From assembly GCA_041686025.1 (NCBI GenBank), contig JAWLEP010000024.1, positions 1 through 43,354 on the forward strand: 43,354 bases of DNA, in the 5' to 3' direction. The notes beneath the pieces are model-generated. The model saw nothing but the letters and a program-made list of their open reading frames with translations, was not told the origin of the DNA and made no database searches. This document shows, in pieces, positions 7,739 through 16,993 of this stretch (positions are counted from its first letter, which is position 1; each line of letters opens with the position of its first letter). The DNA comes from Candidatus Fermentibacteraceae bacterium. Its GTDB lineage: Bacteria > Fermentibacterota > Fermentibacteria > Fermentibacterales > JCC-6. The position numbers were made by a program, and so were the translations under genes.

Positions 7739-9433
7739 TCAGCCTTTGGCTTCAGCCCCCCCCTGATGCGGCCCGGGGCGCAGCTGCCTCTCCATCACCT
7801 CGGTGATGTCGCTGATCCTGTAGGGCTTGGCCAGGAAGGGTATGGACATCTTCTCCACGAACTCCCCGGCATCGAATGAGGGAGTGTATCCGCTTCCCAC
7901 CACGATTTTTACGTCTGGATGCTGCTCTGCCACGGTCCGGGCCAGCTCTATTCCGGAGCCGTCGGGGAGCATTATGTCCGTGAAGACCAGGTCCACGGCG
8001 GTGCCGTCGTCTTCGAGCACGGCCGCCGCCTCCGCCGCCATGCCGCAGGCCAGGACCCGGTATCCCGCCCTCCGCAGTACGTCCGAGACCAGCTCCAGGA
8101 CCTGGTCGTTGTCCTCCACCACCAGGATGGTGCCCCGGGAGCCGCCGGGGCGGATCAGCCGGGGAGGCGGCTCGGGAGCGGATGGACGCTGGCCGCCCTC
8201 CGGCAGGTTTTCCTCCCGAAGGCGCATTAGCTCCTCATCCCGCCTGGCGGTCTCCCTCCTGTGCAGAAGCCTCAGACTGCTGAGCTTCGCGGCGGCGGAC
8301 TCACCCAGCATCCTCTCGCTGATGCTCTGGTACTCCCTTAGGTGCTTCAGCGCCTCTCCCGCCTCTCCCCGCCTCTCCAGGAATCCCGCCAGCGACTTGT
8401 GGATCCTGGCCCGAAGCCGCTCACCGGGAATCTCCGGGGCCAGCTCCAGGGCGCTGCGCAGGCTCTCCAGCGCCCTGGCCGTCTTCCCCAGTCCCTCCAG
8501 GGACTCCGCCAGACCCAGGCTGGCCGAGGCCCTGCCCCGGGAGCTCCCCGACTCGGTGTAGATCTTCAGCGCCTCTTCGAAGAAGTCCACCGCGCTTATG
8601 TGATCGCCGGCTGCGTGGGCGCTTCCCCCCAGGTTCTCCAGGCAGACGGCCCTGCCCAGTGGATTTCCCAGCTCCCGGTAGATGTCCATGGCCTCCAGGC
8701 TGCAGATCCGGGCCTGGCCCTGCCTTCCCAGCTCCACGCAGGAGTCGGCCATGTGGCTCAGCGTGATGGCAAGGGCCTGCTTCATGTTGTCTCTGCGGCA
8801 TACCCTGAGGCAGTCGCGGTAGCACTCCAGCGCCTGGTCGTGCAGACCCATGGCGGCGTATGCGTCTCCCAGGTTGCTGTTGGTGGCGGCCCTCAGATCG
8901 GCCGGGGCGTCGCCGCCGGTTACCTCCCGGGCCTTCAGGAAGCTGTCGATGGCGCTCTCGCAGTCTCCCAGCGCAAGCTGCACCGCACCGATGTTGCTGA
9001 GTATCCCCGGGTCCTCGTCCCCGCAGATGCTCAGGTGCGCCTCCCGGGCGGAGAGGTAGCAGTCCAGCGCCCTGCTCAGCTTGCTCTGCTGCAGGTATAC
9101 CGAGCCCAGCACATTGCAGGCTGCCCGCTCCCCCTTGACGTCGGAGCCGGCACGGTAGAGGTCCAGGGCCTGCATGGCGCTCCTCTCGGCATCATCCCCT
9201 GCACCGAGGTGGAGCTGCCCCATGGCCTGAGGCAGGAGACAGCGGGGTATCACGTCCGCTAGACCTTCCCGCTCCGCCAGGAGCCGGGCCTCTTCGCCCA
9301 GCTCTATCGCCCTCCGCGGCCGAGCGTACTTCACCTTCCAGGCCAGGGCGGCCATGGCCTCCGCCCTCTCGCGGTGGTCGGAGGTACGTTCTATGCGAAG
9401 CTCCAGCTCTTCGGGCGTCTCATCCATATACAT
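7739..9433 (-). CDS. TPR-repeat protein with C-terminal receiver (REC) domain
   Basis: Repeats such as NVLGSVY, SNIGAVQ, SNLGDAY, ENLGGSA; REC motifs TILVVEDN, DLVFTDIMLPD, FLAKPY. Confidence 0.85.
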   Translation of the reverse strand: MYMDETPEELELRIERTSDHRERAEAMAALAWKVKYARPRRAIELGEEARLLAEREGLADVIPRCLLPQAMGQLHLGAGDDAERSAMQALDLYRAGSDVKGERAACNVLGSVYLQQSKLSRALDCYLSAREAHLSICGDEDPGILSNIGAVQLALGDCESAIDSFLKAREVTGGDAPADLRAATNSNLGDAYAAMGLHDQALECYRDCLRVCRRDNMKQALAITLSHMADSCVELGRQGQARICSLEAMDIYRELGNPLGRAVCLENLGGSAHAAGDHISAVDFFEEALKIYTESGSSRGRASASLGLAESLEGLGKTARALESLRSALELAPEIPGERLRARIHKSLAGFLERRGEAGEALKHLREYQSISERMLGESAAAKLSSLRLLHRRETARRDEELMRLREENLPEGGQRPSAPEPPPRLIRPGGSRGTILVVEDNDQVLELVSDVLRRAGYRVLACGMAAEAAAVLEDDGTAVDLVFTDIMLPDGSGIELARTVAEQHPDVKIVVGSGYTPSFDAGEFVEKMSIPFLAKPYRISDITEVMERQLRPGPHQGGAEAKG

Positions 9434-9537
9434 CTTCCACCCCTACCATTAAGCGGCTAACCCGCCGAAGCCGAATCGCTTCCATGATAACGCCCTCGCC
9501 CTCCGGCGAACAGAGCCGCCGCAGGAGGGCACGGCCC

Positions 9538-11040
9538 TCATCGGGGGCTGCCGGATTCGCGCACTATCCGCACCGAGTCCGCGTGCGGGGTGATGTCCCG
9601 CCGGGAGGTGGACAGCAGGACCCTGTACTGCAGGAACCTGTCCCCATCGTCGGCCAGGGCGGCCAGGTCTGCCCTCCGTCCGGAGACCTCGGTCCAGGGC
9701 CCCATCCTGGTGCGGTCGGAAGATACCCTCACCGCCAGGCCCAGGGAGGTCCCGGCGGGAGCGGAGCCGAAGAGCTCCACCGAGCAGCTTCGGGGACGGC
9801 GGCCCAGCCAGATGATGCTGGAGGTCAGGCTTCCCTCGCTGCGGTATTCGTCCAGGGTCCACCACCCCACCGAGCCGTCGGTGATGCTGGCGGCCACCAG
9901 ATCCATGCCGCCGTCTCCGTCCATGTCGCCGGCGTCGCAGCAGGAGCAGCCGGGGAAGCTTCCCACGTACCGCTCGAAGAAGCTCTCCCCCCCGTCGGCG
10001 CTCTCCCACCATGCCAGCTCTCCGGCGGCCTCCGACGCCGCCAGCACGTCGGCGTCGCCGTCTCCGTCCATGTCCGCGGCCCGCAGCCGGGCCGGGGCCA
10101 TCATCCGCCGGGAAACGGTTGTCTCACCCGCGGCCTCCGGCGCCAGGGAGAGCCAGAAGATCCTGTCCCCCTCCCGGGAGCAGGCCAGGAGGTCCGGCCG
10201 GCCGTCGCCGTCCATGTCCGCGCCAAGGGCGCAGGAAGAGCCTGCCGCCTCCACCAATGGCCCCGGGGTCCATGCCCCGTCCTGCAACTCCCAGTACAGG
10301 AGCGCGGAATCCGCCGGCGAGGCCGCCGCAAGAAAGCGCCCGTCCGGGTGGACTTCCACCCAGGACGGCCTCGAAGGGCGGGAGGAGATCCGCTTCCGGG
10401 ACCAGCCGGTGCCGGAGCGGCCGTGCTCCATCACCACAAGCCCTCCGGTGTCCCACATGCCCACCAGAAGCTCGATGTCGCCGTCCCCGTCGAGGTCCGC
10501 CGCGTCCAGGGGGCCCGCCACCCCTCCCGGGTCCAGCCCGTGCTGCGGCCAGGGGCCCGCGCCCGCGTTCTCCCACCAGCGGAGGCTCCCGTGGCTCCGG
10601 GAGCTCCCCGCCAGGTCCGGGTAGCCGTCGCCGTCGAGGTCTCCGCAGGCCAGCCTCTCCGGGCCGGAGTCGCCGGGGACGAGAACCGGATGTATCCGGA
10701 AGCTGCCTCCGGCCCCGGCGTTCTCGTAGATTACAAGGCCCGCCTCCGGCCCGCAGGCCACTATGTCGCTGTCGCCGTCGCAGTCCATGTCCCGGCAGAG
10801 GATGTCGGATATGCCGCCGGGAACTGCGCCGATGCCGTGGCACAGGGGATGAAGGCCCAGCCCCAGTCTTCCGGGATTGCTCCACCAGTCGATCCCCGCA
10901 GCCTCCAGGAAGGCTCCGCCGGGGTCCCGCAGCGGACCGGCGGCCCCGGGGCGGGTCCATTCGCTCTGGACAATCGCGGCGGAGCCGGCGGGAGCCGCAA
11001 GGGACAGAGAAAGCACGAATGCGACCCCGAGCTTACGCAT
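9538..11040 (-). CDS. Secreted FG-GAP/VCBS-repeat protein
   Basis: Signal peptide; repeated D[ML]DGDGxxD and WWEN motifs. Confidence 0.85.
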   Translation of the reverse strand: MRKLGVAFVLSLSLAAPAGSAAIVQSEWTRPGAAGPLRDPGGAFLEAAGIDWWSNPGRLGLGLHPLCHGIGAVPGGISDILCRDMDCDGDSDIVACGPEAGLVIYENAGAGGSFRIHPVLVPGDSGPERLACGDLDGDGYPDLAGSSRSHGSLRWWENAGAGPWPQHGLDPGGVAGPLDAADLDGDGDIELLVGMWDTGGLVVMEHGRSGTGWSRKRISSRPSRPSWVEVHPDGRFLAAASPADSALLYWELQDGAWTPGPLVEAAGSSCALGADMDGDGRPDLLACSREGDRIFWLSLAPEAAGETTVSRRMMAPARLRAADMDGDGDADVLAASEAAGELAWWESADGGESFFERYVGSFPGCSCCDAGDMDGDGGMDLVAASITDGSVGWWTLDEYRSEGSLTSSIIWLGRRPRSCSVELFGSAPAGTSLGLAVRVSSDRTRMGPWTEVSGRRADLAALADDGDRFLQYRVLLSTSRRDITPHADSVRIVRESGSPR

Positions 11041-11312
11041 TGGCCCCCCTCCCGGTTCTGCTCAGTGCGGCGCCTCTGAAGCCGGCCCGAACGGGCCGGC
11101 CCTCCAGTAATACAACCGCCGCAAACGGTCTGCAACGCCCAGAAGCCGCTCGGTGATTAACATGGGGATAACAATGGATTGTTTCATTGGTGCAGGCGGC
11201 GGCAACCAACTGGTAACCCGCGACCCGGAACTGTATATTCGTCTGTTGTAGGAAAGCGCATGGCACAGAATGCTTCGCCGAGGAAGCAGCTTCCAGATGA
11301 AAGGACGACGCA

Positions 11313-11909
11313 ATGAGGCTTATCCTGTCAGCAGCTGTCGTTTTGGCCCTGTCGGCTACTGCAATGGCCGGAACCGAGACCTTCGGCTGGGAGGGCACCG
11401 AGACCATACTGGGCATGTACCCCGACGGCGGGGTGGAGGCCACCGTCAGCACCGAGCAGGTGCACAGCGGCTCGCAGTCCCTGGAGATCGAGCGGCTCTC
11501 CGAGAGCACGCCGCAGGCCTTCGTTGCCTGGGTGGTGGGACTCTCCGACGGCGACGAGGTAACCGCCAGCTTCTGGCGCTACGACGTCACCCCCGGTGAT
11601 CCCCCCAGCTGCAGGATCTGGGGCCACTGGAACGACGACCCCGACGACATAGGCGGCTACAACGGCAGCGCCGGGGGCAACTCCGACTACGGCCCCGGCA
11701 CCGGCTGGGACGAGACCGAGCACACCTGGACGGTAGTGGAAGGCCACACGGGCCTGGTCATCGAGTGCCGCGTCTACTCCAACCCCGGCGACATCGTCTG
11801 GATAGACGACCTCACGGTCACCGCCCCCGACGGCGCCACCATCTACACCCCCGCTCAGCAGGCGCTGAGCTCCGACACCTGGGGAGCCATCAAGGCCAGC
11901 GCTCTGTAG
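11313..11909 (+). CDS. Secreted beta-sandwich (CBM-like) protein with C-terminal TWGxIK motif
   Basis: AAGGA RBS, signal peptide, VHSGSQSL...VWIDDLTV pattern, ends ALSSDTWGAIKASAL; strongly biased codon usage. Confidence 0.8.
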   Translation: MRLILSAAVVLALSATAMAGTETFGWEGTETILGMYPDGGVEATVSTEQVHSGSQSLEIERLSESTPQAFVAWVVGLSDGDEVTASFWRYDVTPGDPPSCRIWGHWNDDPDDIGGYNGSAGGNSDYGPGTGWDETEHTWTVVEGHTGLVIECRVYSNPGDIVWIDDLTVTAPDGATIYTPAQQALSSDTWGAIKASAL

Positions 11910-11927
11910 CACTTCTCGAAGCCAGGG

Positions 11928-11955
11928 AAGGGGCCGCCCGGCCGGGCGGCCCCTT
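11928..11955. terminator. Probable bidirectional intrinsic terminator
   Basis: Perfect 28-bp palindrome AAGGGGCCGCCCGGCCGGGCGGCCCCTT followed by TCTC, between convergent genes. Confidence 0.7.
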
Positions 11956-11968
11956 TCTCGTTCGATCC

Positions 11969-13699
11969 TCAGTGCAGAAGGGTCACCGCGGCACAGGCGC
12001 TCCCGCCGCCGGGGCCTGTTCTGATGAGATAGACCCCCTCCGGCAGCGGCTGCCCCGAGCCGTCCCTTCCGTCCCAGAGATAGTCCCGGCCCCCGCCTTC
12101 CCCGGAGTCCGGATCGAGCCTCCTCACCCGTCTGCCTGACAGGTCGAAAACCTCCAGTCCCGCCCCGGAGGCAGCCATTCCCTCCACGGAGACGGCAAGC
12201 TCCCCGGAGAAGGGGTTGGGCCGGCAGACAAGCCGGACTTCGCCCGGCGGGCGTGCGGAGGCCGGGCCGGAGGCCAGCCCGGCGTAGAGGCTGTCCCCCT
12301 CCACCACAGTGAGGTACTGGTCGGCGGCGACGCTGGCGTAGCTGTCCACGATGCCGCTGGGCCATGCCACCTCCAGCGTCTGCACCTCCGTGCAGTCGTA
12401 GAGGCCCAGCTCCACCGGCAGGCTGTGGAAGTCGTGCATCCCCTCCCCCGCCCTGACGGTTCTGGTGAGCACCATGGAGCCCAGATCGGCGGTGACCACC
12501 GCACCGATGCCGCAGTAGTTGGACTCGGTCCCCTCCAGGTCCAGCGTCAGGTAGGCCGCCGGCATGGTCTCGCCCATGTCGTTGCGGAAGAGGTTGTACT
12601 TGTCTATGTGGCCGGCGGCGAACAGGTCGGCGTCGCCGTCGAGGTCGTAGTCGGCCCACCCGGTGCCGAAGTAGTCGCCCATCATCTCCCCGGAGAGGCC
12701 CAGCTGCTCGCCCACGTCCGTGAACGTCCCGTCGCCGTTGTTGCGGTACATCTGGCTGCTGTAGACGTAGAAGTCGTGGTTGGACACGAAGATGTCCAGC
12801 CAGCCGTCGTTGTTGTAGTCCACGAAGGAGGGTGTCCGGGTGTCGGTGTATCCGGTCACGCCGGCGGTGGACGTCACGTCGTCGAAGGTCCCGTCCCCGT
12901 TGTTGCGGAACAGCTTGCAGCCCGGAGAGGAGGTGTTCCCCAGGTAGAGGTCGGTCCAGCCGTCGTTGTCGTAGTCCCCGGCGGTGATGCCGGAGGTGCC
13001 CCCGTCCCACTCCGCCCCCGACCCCGGAGTGACGTCGGTGAAGCCGCTGCCGTCGTTGCGCAGCAGGGCGTTGGGGTAGTCGCCGTAGGTGCCCAGGTAG
13101 ACGTCTTCGTCGCCGTCACCGTCGTAGTCCAGGCAGACGCCGCACCAGAAGCTCTCCTCGGAGATGGTCTCCCGGGTGAAGACACCGGTGCCGTCGTTGT
13201 AGAGAACCGCGCAGCCCGAGGAGGTGAGGGTCAGCAGATCGGCGCTTCCGTCGCCGTCGAAGTCGGCAGCGGCTATGGGCGAGCCGGTGAGGCCGCTTCC
13301 CGGGGTTATGTCGGCGAACTCCTCGCCCCCCAGGTTCTGGTAGAGGGCCTGGCCGGAGCCGGTGTCCAGCACCAGGTCGCGCAGCCCGTCGCCGGTGAGC
13401 TCGGCCCAGAGTATGCGGGAGGCCGAGACCCCTCCCAGGCCCGCGGAGACGGTGATGTCCTCGAAGTACCCGTCGCGGTTGGCGTAGAGCCAGAACCCGC
13501 TTCCGTCCTGGTTGGAGAAGGCCACGTCCTGCAGGTCGTCGCCGTTGATGTCGCACCAGGCCACCGCGTGGCCCAGGCCCGACTGGCCGGAGAAGCCCAT
13601 CTCCCCCGATACCTCCGTGAACGCCTGCTGTCCGCATGCGTCCGCGGGCAGGATGATCATGAGGGCCGCGGACACCATAGGTACCAGATCTATGCGCAT
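11969..13699 (-). CDS. CRTAC1/ASPIC-UnbV family FG-GAP protein with T9SS/FlgD-like C-terminal tail
   Basis: Repeats DYDNDGWTDLY, RNNGDGTF; UnbV-like GIGAVV...ELGL...WPSG; tail PNPFSG...VFDLSGRRV...WDGRDGSGQPLPEGVYLIR; start at ATG 13699. Confidence 0.88.
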   Translation of the reverse strand: MRIDLVPMVSAALMIILPADACGQQAFTEVSGEMGFSGQSGLGHAVAWCDINGDDLQDVAFSNQDGSGFWLYANRDGYFEDITVSAGLGGVSASRILWAELTGDGLRDLVLDTGSGQALYQNLGGEEFADITPGSGLTGSPIAAADFDGDGSADLLTLTSSGCAVLYNDGTGVFTRETISEESFWCGVCLDYDGDGDEDVYLGTYGDYPNALLRNDGSGFTDVTPGSGAEWDGGTSGITAGDYDNDGWTDLYLGNTSSPGCKLFRNNGDGTFDDVTSTAGVTGYTDTRTPSFVDYNNDGWLDIFVSNHDFYVYSSQMYRNNGDGTFTDVGEQLGLSGEMMGDYFGTGWADYDLDGDADLFAAGHIDKYNLFRNDMGETMPAAYLTLDLEGTESNYCGIGAVVTADLGSMVLTRTVRAGEGMHDFHSLPVELGLYDCTEVQTLEVAWPSGIVDSYASVAADQYLTVVEGDSLYAGLASGPASARPPGEVRLVCRPNPFSGELAVSVEGMAASGAGLEVFDLSGRRVRRLDPDSGEGGGRDYLWDGRDGSGQPLPEGVYLIRTGPGGGSACAAVTLLH

Positions 13700-13771
13700 G
13701 TGATTCCCTTCCCCCGGCTTTCCCGGTCTCAGCCTCAAACTGCAAAGGCGGCGCGCCCGGGGCAAGGGGCC

Positions 13772-16261
13772 TCAGCCGGCCTCCCGAAGGACCAGCCTCC
13801 TCAGGTCCCGGGGCAGCCGCCATTCCGGGTCCGCCTCCAGGGCCCGCTCCACCATCCACAGAGCGTCATCGGGCCTGCCGGCCAGATGGAGCTGCTCGGC
13901 GGCGGTGGTGAGGACCACCGCCAGCCAGCGGGCCTCCAGGGGGCTTTCGGGAGGCCGGAGCCTCTCCGCCGCCGCCGGAAGCTCTCCCCGCCAGTAGAGC
14001 ATCTGCGCGGACAGAAGCCTGGAGGGGGGGCCGTCGCCCAGGGCCACCACCGAGGCCACGTTGGGGGCGATGGTCTGCTGGCCGAATCCCGTTACCTTCT
14101 CCTGTATGAACTGGCACGGTGCCTTCAGGTCCGTGTTGGGGGCCAGGTCCGACTGGGCCAGGGCTTCGGTCTCGGCGCTGCCCAGCACCGGCATGAGCTG
14201 CTGCGGAAAGCGGGCCGAGTACCCCACGGACTCCAGCTGCTCCGCGGCGGCGGGGTCGGCGAAGATGGCCTCCACGTCCAGCTCCAGGGAACGGCGGGAG
14301 CCCACCAGGACCAAGTGTCTCCCCCCCGCCACGTGGACCGCCGCATGGGGGAAGACGCGGCTCCAGGTGACCAGTATGCGGCGCATCTCCTCCACGGGCA
14401 GCTGGTGGAGGGGGACCCACTGGGCGGCCACTCCCCCCTCCCCGAGCCTGCCGAGCACCGTGCGGTAGAACTCGCGGGTGTAGAGGACCCAGCTGTCCAC
14501 CGATCCGGGATGGGTGGCGTCGCAGATGATCACGTCCCAGGTCCTGCCGCTTCCCAGCAGGAAGTTGCGGCCGTCGTCGGTGACGAAGCCGAACCTGGGG
14601 TCGGTGTCGGGCCTGCGGTTGAGGTCCGCGAACAGGGGCAGGGCCCTGATCAGGCTGGGACAGAGGTCGGCGCAGGCCAGCGTGTCCAGGGGATGGGCCA
14701 GCAGGGCACCTGAGGTGATGCCTCCCCCCAGGGCCACCGCCATGGCCGTCTTCGCCTCGGGGTTGTATCCCCAGGGGAGGTGTCCCAGCAGGTAGAAGGC
14801 CTCCAGGGAGGGCTGGTCAACGGGAACCTCCTCCACCCCGTTTATCCTCAGGCTCCTGTGGCCGTCCCACCGCCTGGAGAAGACGGACACGGTGGCGGTC
14901 CTGTCCTCCTCGAAGAAGGCCAGCTCCATTCCCTCGGGCGGGGTCGACCCCGGCGGTGGAGAGAGCCAGACCACCGCGGCCACCAGCGCCAGGGCAACGG
15001 GAACCGAAGCCGCGGCCCTTCCGGCGGAGGCCCGGAGGAAGAGGGCCAGCCCCAGCAGCACGCTTCCGCAGGCCAGAACGGCCGTGGAGACGGTGACCCC
15101 CAGGTAGCGGAAAAGCACCAGGGACACCAGCACCGGGCCCAGCGCGGCTCCCAGGCAGTTGGCCAGCGAAAGCGTACCCACGTCCTCCCCCAGGTGCCCC
15201 TTCCTGGCGGCCGCCATCACTATCAGGGGGAAGGTAGCGCCCATGAGAAGGGCCGAGGGAAGCATGTAGAGGCCGCAGACCAGCACCCGGGACATCACCA
15301 GCAGGGTCCACGAGCCGCTGGGCAGGGCGTAGACCAGCCGGTTGAAGTGACCCAGGGCCGAAAGGGGCACCACGCTGGCGAGACCGAGGCCCACCTCCAC
15401 CGCCCCCAGGGCAACCAGCGGCCGGCGGATCCGTCTCCCCGCCGCCTGCCCCAGCAGGCTGCCCAGCCCTATTCCCAGAAGGACCATCACCCCCAGGAGG
15501 GAGAAGGCGTAGGTGCTGTTGCCCAGAACGTAGGAGAGCTGGCGCGCCCAGACGCTCTCGTATCCCAGGGCCACCATCCCGCTGAGGCCGTATACGACCA
15601 GCAGGAAGAGCGGGGGCGCCTGGGAGGGAGCGGGAACCGCCCGGGAGAACCGGCCGCCGCCTACGGCCAGGGCCGGCAGGGCCAGAAGCGCCATGCCGGA
15701 CACCAGTGTCCACAGGGCGCCCGCCGCCTCCATGAGGACGAAACCGGCCAGAAAACCGCCCAGCGCCGAACCCACCGCGTTGAGCCCGTATAGCCTGGCG
15801 GCCTCCCTCCTGCCGTCCCCGCCCTCCGCCAGCCTGGCCATCACCGGCACCACCCCGCCGGCCATGAAGGTGGCGGGGAACACCAGCACCAGGCTCAGCA
15901 GGAACCTCATGGGGAGGTTGGGCAGCCCGGAGACGTACAGCAGCGGGTAGATCCCGGAGGCCAGCATGGAGCCCAGGAACGGAAGCAGGGAGAATGCGGC
16001 GCAGAGCAGCAGCAGCGACCGCAGCAGCCTGCCGGGACGCGGATGGGCCTGGGCCCTTCTGCCGAACCAGCGCCCTCCCAGTCCCAGGCCGAGCATGAAG
16101 GCCGAAAGGACGGCGGTGGCGGCATCCACGCTGCCGCCCAGAAGCAGCACCAGCTGGCGGTTCCACACTATCTGGGCCAGCAGGACTCCCACGCCGGCCG
16201 AGAAGGCCACCGCCCGCAGCCCCCTGCCCGCTTCGGCTCTTCGATGTAGTATGGCTACCAT
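13772..16261 (-). CDS. Fused MFS-like membrane domain / spermidine synthase-like protein
   Basis: Two hydrophobic repeats (WNRQLVLLLG, WARQLSYVLGNSTYAFS), then LGGGITSG, DDGRNFL, WDVIICDATHP, LYTREFY, GGVAAQWVPLH. Confidence 0.88.
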   Translation of the reverse strand: MVAILHRRAEAGRGLRAVAFSAGVGVLLAQIVWNRQLVLLLGGSVDAATAVLSAFMLGLGLGGRWFGRRAQAHPRPGRLLRSLLLLCAAFSLLPFLGSMLASGIYPLLYVSGLPNLPMRFLLSLVLVFPATFMAGGVVPVMARLAEGGDGRREAARLYGLNAVGSALGGFLAGFVLMEAAGALWTLVSGMALLALPALAVGGGRFSRAVPAPSQAPPLFLLVVYGLSGMVALGYESVWARQLSYVLGNSTYAFSLLGVMVLLGIGLGSLLGQAAGRRIRRPLVALGAVEVGLGLASVVPLSALGHFNRLVYALPSGSWTLLVMSRVLVCGLYMLPSALLMGATFPLIVMAAARKGHLGEDVGTLSLANCLGAALGPVLVSLVLFRYLGVTVSTAVLACGSVLLGLALFLRASAGRAAASVPVALALVAAVVWLSPPPGSTPPEGMELAFFEEDRTATVSVFSRRWDGHRSLRINGVEEVPVDQPSLEAFYLLGHLPWGYNPEAKTAMAVALGGGITSGALLAHPLDTLACADLCPSLIRALPLFADLNRRPDTDPRFGFVTDDGRNFLLGSGRTWDVIICDATHPGSVDSWVLYTREFYRTVLGRLGEGGVAAQWVPLHQLPVEEMRRILVTWSRVFPHAAVHVAGGRHLVLVGSRRSLELDVEAIFADPAAAEQLESVGYSARFPQQLMPVLGSAETEALAQSDLAPNTDLKAPCQFIQEKVTGFGQQTIAPNVASVVALGDGPPSRLLSAQMLYWRGELPAAAERLRPPESPLEARWLAVVLTTAAEQLHLAGRPDDALWMVERALEADPEWRLPRDLRRLVLREAG

Positions 16262-16546
16262 ACCCTGGCTCCCCCTCTATGGGTCCGGATCCCCGGCCGG
16301 TCACGGCCGCCCGGGGGGCAACGCCTGCGGAATTCGGCACGAAAGTCCGAATATAGTCAAGGCCTGCGGGTCTCAGACAGACGCCCGCCCCGGAGGTGAC
16401 TTGGGAGCGGACTCGTGCTAGGATACGCTTGCAGTCGCCTGTAGCGCAGCTCTCCGCCTTGGGGCGGGTCCACCAGACACCCGGACGGATCGATGGAAGC
16501 CATGCCGCCGTTCCTCTGCCCTTTCGGGCCGCAGCACCGCAGGTCA

Positions 16547-16993
16547 ATGCCCGGATGCTTCCTGCTGCTGTCGGAGGGGAACGAGCTTTCGGGGGGCGCC
16601 CCAGCCGCTCCGGAGGTGGCCGGGGGCGACGAGACCATCCTGCTGGCCGAAGACGAGAGGAACCTCCTGGACGTATTGCGCCAGCTGCTGGAGGGCCTGG
16701 GCTATACCGTTCTCACAGCCGCCGACGGAGTCGCTGCCATTGAGGTCTCCGAGAGGCATTCCGGCCCCATCGACCTGTTCCTGTCCGACCTGGTGATGCC
16801 GGGAATGGACGGCCGGCAGGCTGCGGTGAAGATATCCGCCGCCAGGCCCGGAATAGCGGTGCTGTTCATGTCCGGCTACACCAGGGACATGATGGAGTCC
16901 GGCCTGCCGCGCAGGTCCCGGTGCGGCTTCATCGCCAAGCCCTTCAGCCTGGAGCTGCTGGCCAGGAGGATACGGGAGGTGCTGGAGGGCTAG
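16547..16993 (+). CDS. Stand-alone receiver domain (CckA-type); start uncertain
   Basis: ETILLAEDE, IDLFLSDLVMPGMDG, VLFMSGY, FIAKPFS. Confidence 0.75.
   Translation: MPGCFLLLSEGNELSGGAPAAPEVAGGDETILLAEDERNLLDVLRQLLEGLGYTVLTAADGVAAIEVSERHSGPIDLFLSDLVMPGMDGRQAAVKISAARPGIAVLFMSGYTRDMMESGLPRRSRCGFIAKPFSLELLARRIREVLEG

Noticed and set aside
11261..11278. Sigma54 promoter (TGGCAC...) upstream of 11313
   Set aside because: GG-to-GC spacing is 8 nt rather than the required 10.
9538..13699. Repeated GTCGCCGTC / GTAGTC words suggesting a DNA repeat array or CRISPR
   Set aside because: They encode FG-GAP DxDGDG protein repeats; no constant-length repeat-spacer pattern and no cas genes.
16300..16420. 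Possible c-di-GMP-I riboswitch or RNase P fragment (GGGCAAC...GAAAGTCC...GGGTCT)
   Set aside because: Only scattered words match; I could not build the required P1/P2 stems or spacing by eye. An Rfam scan would settle it.
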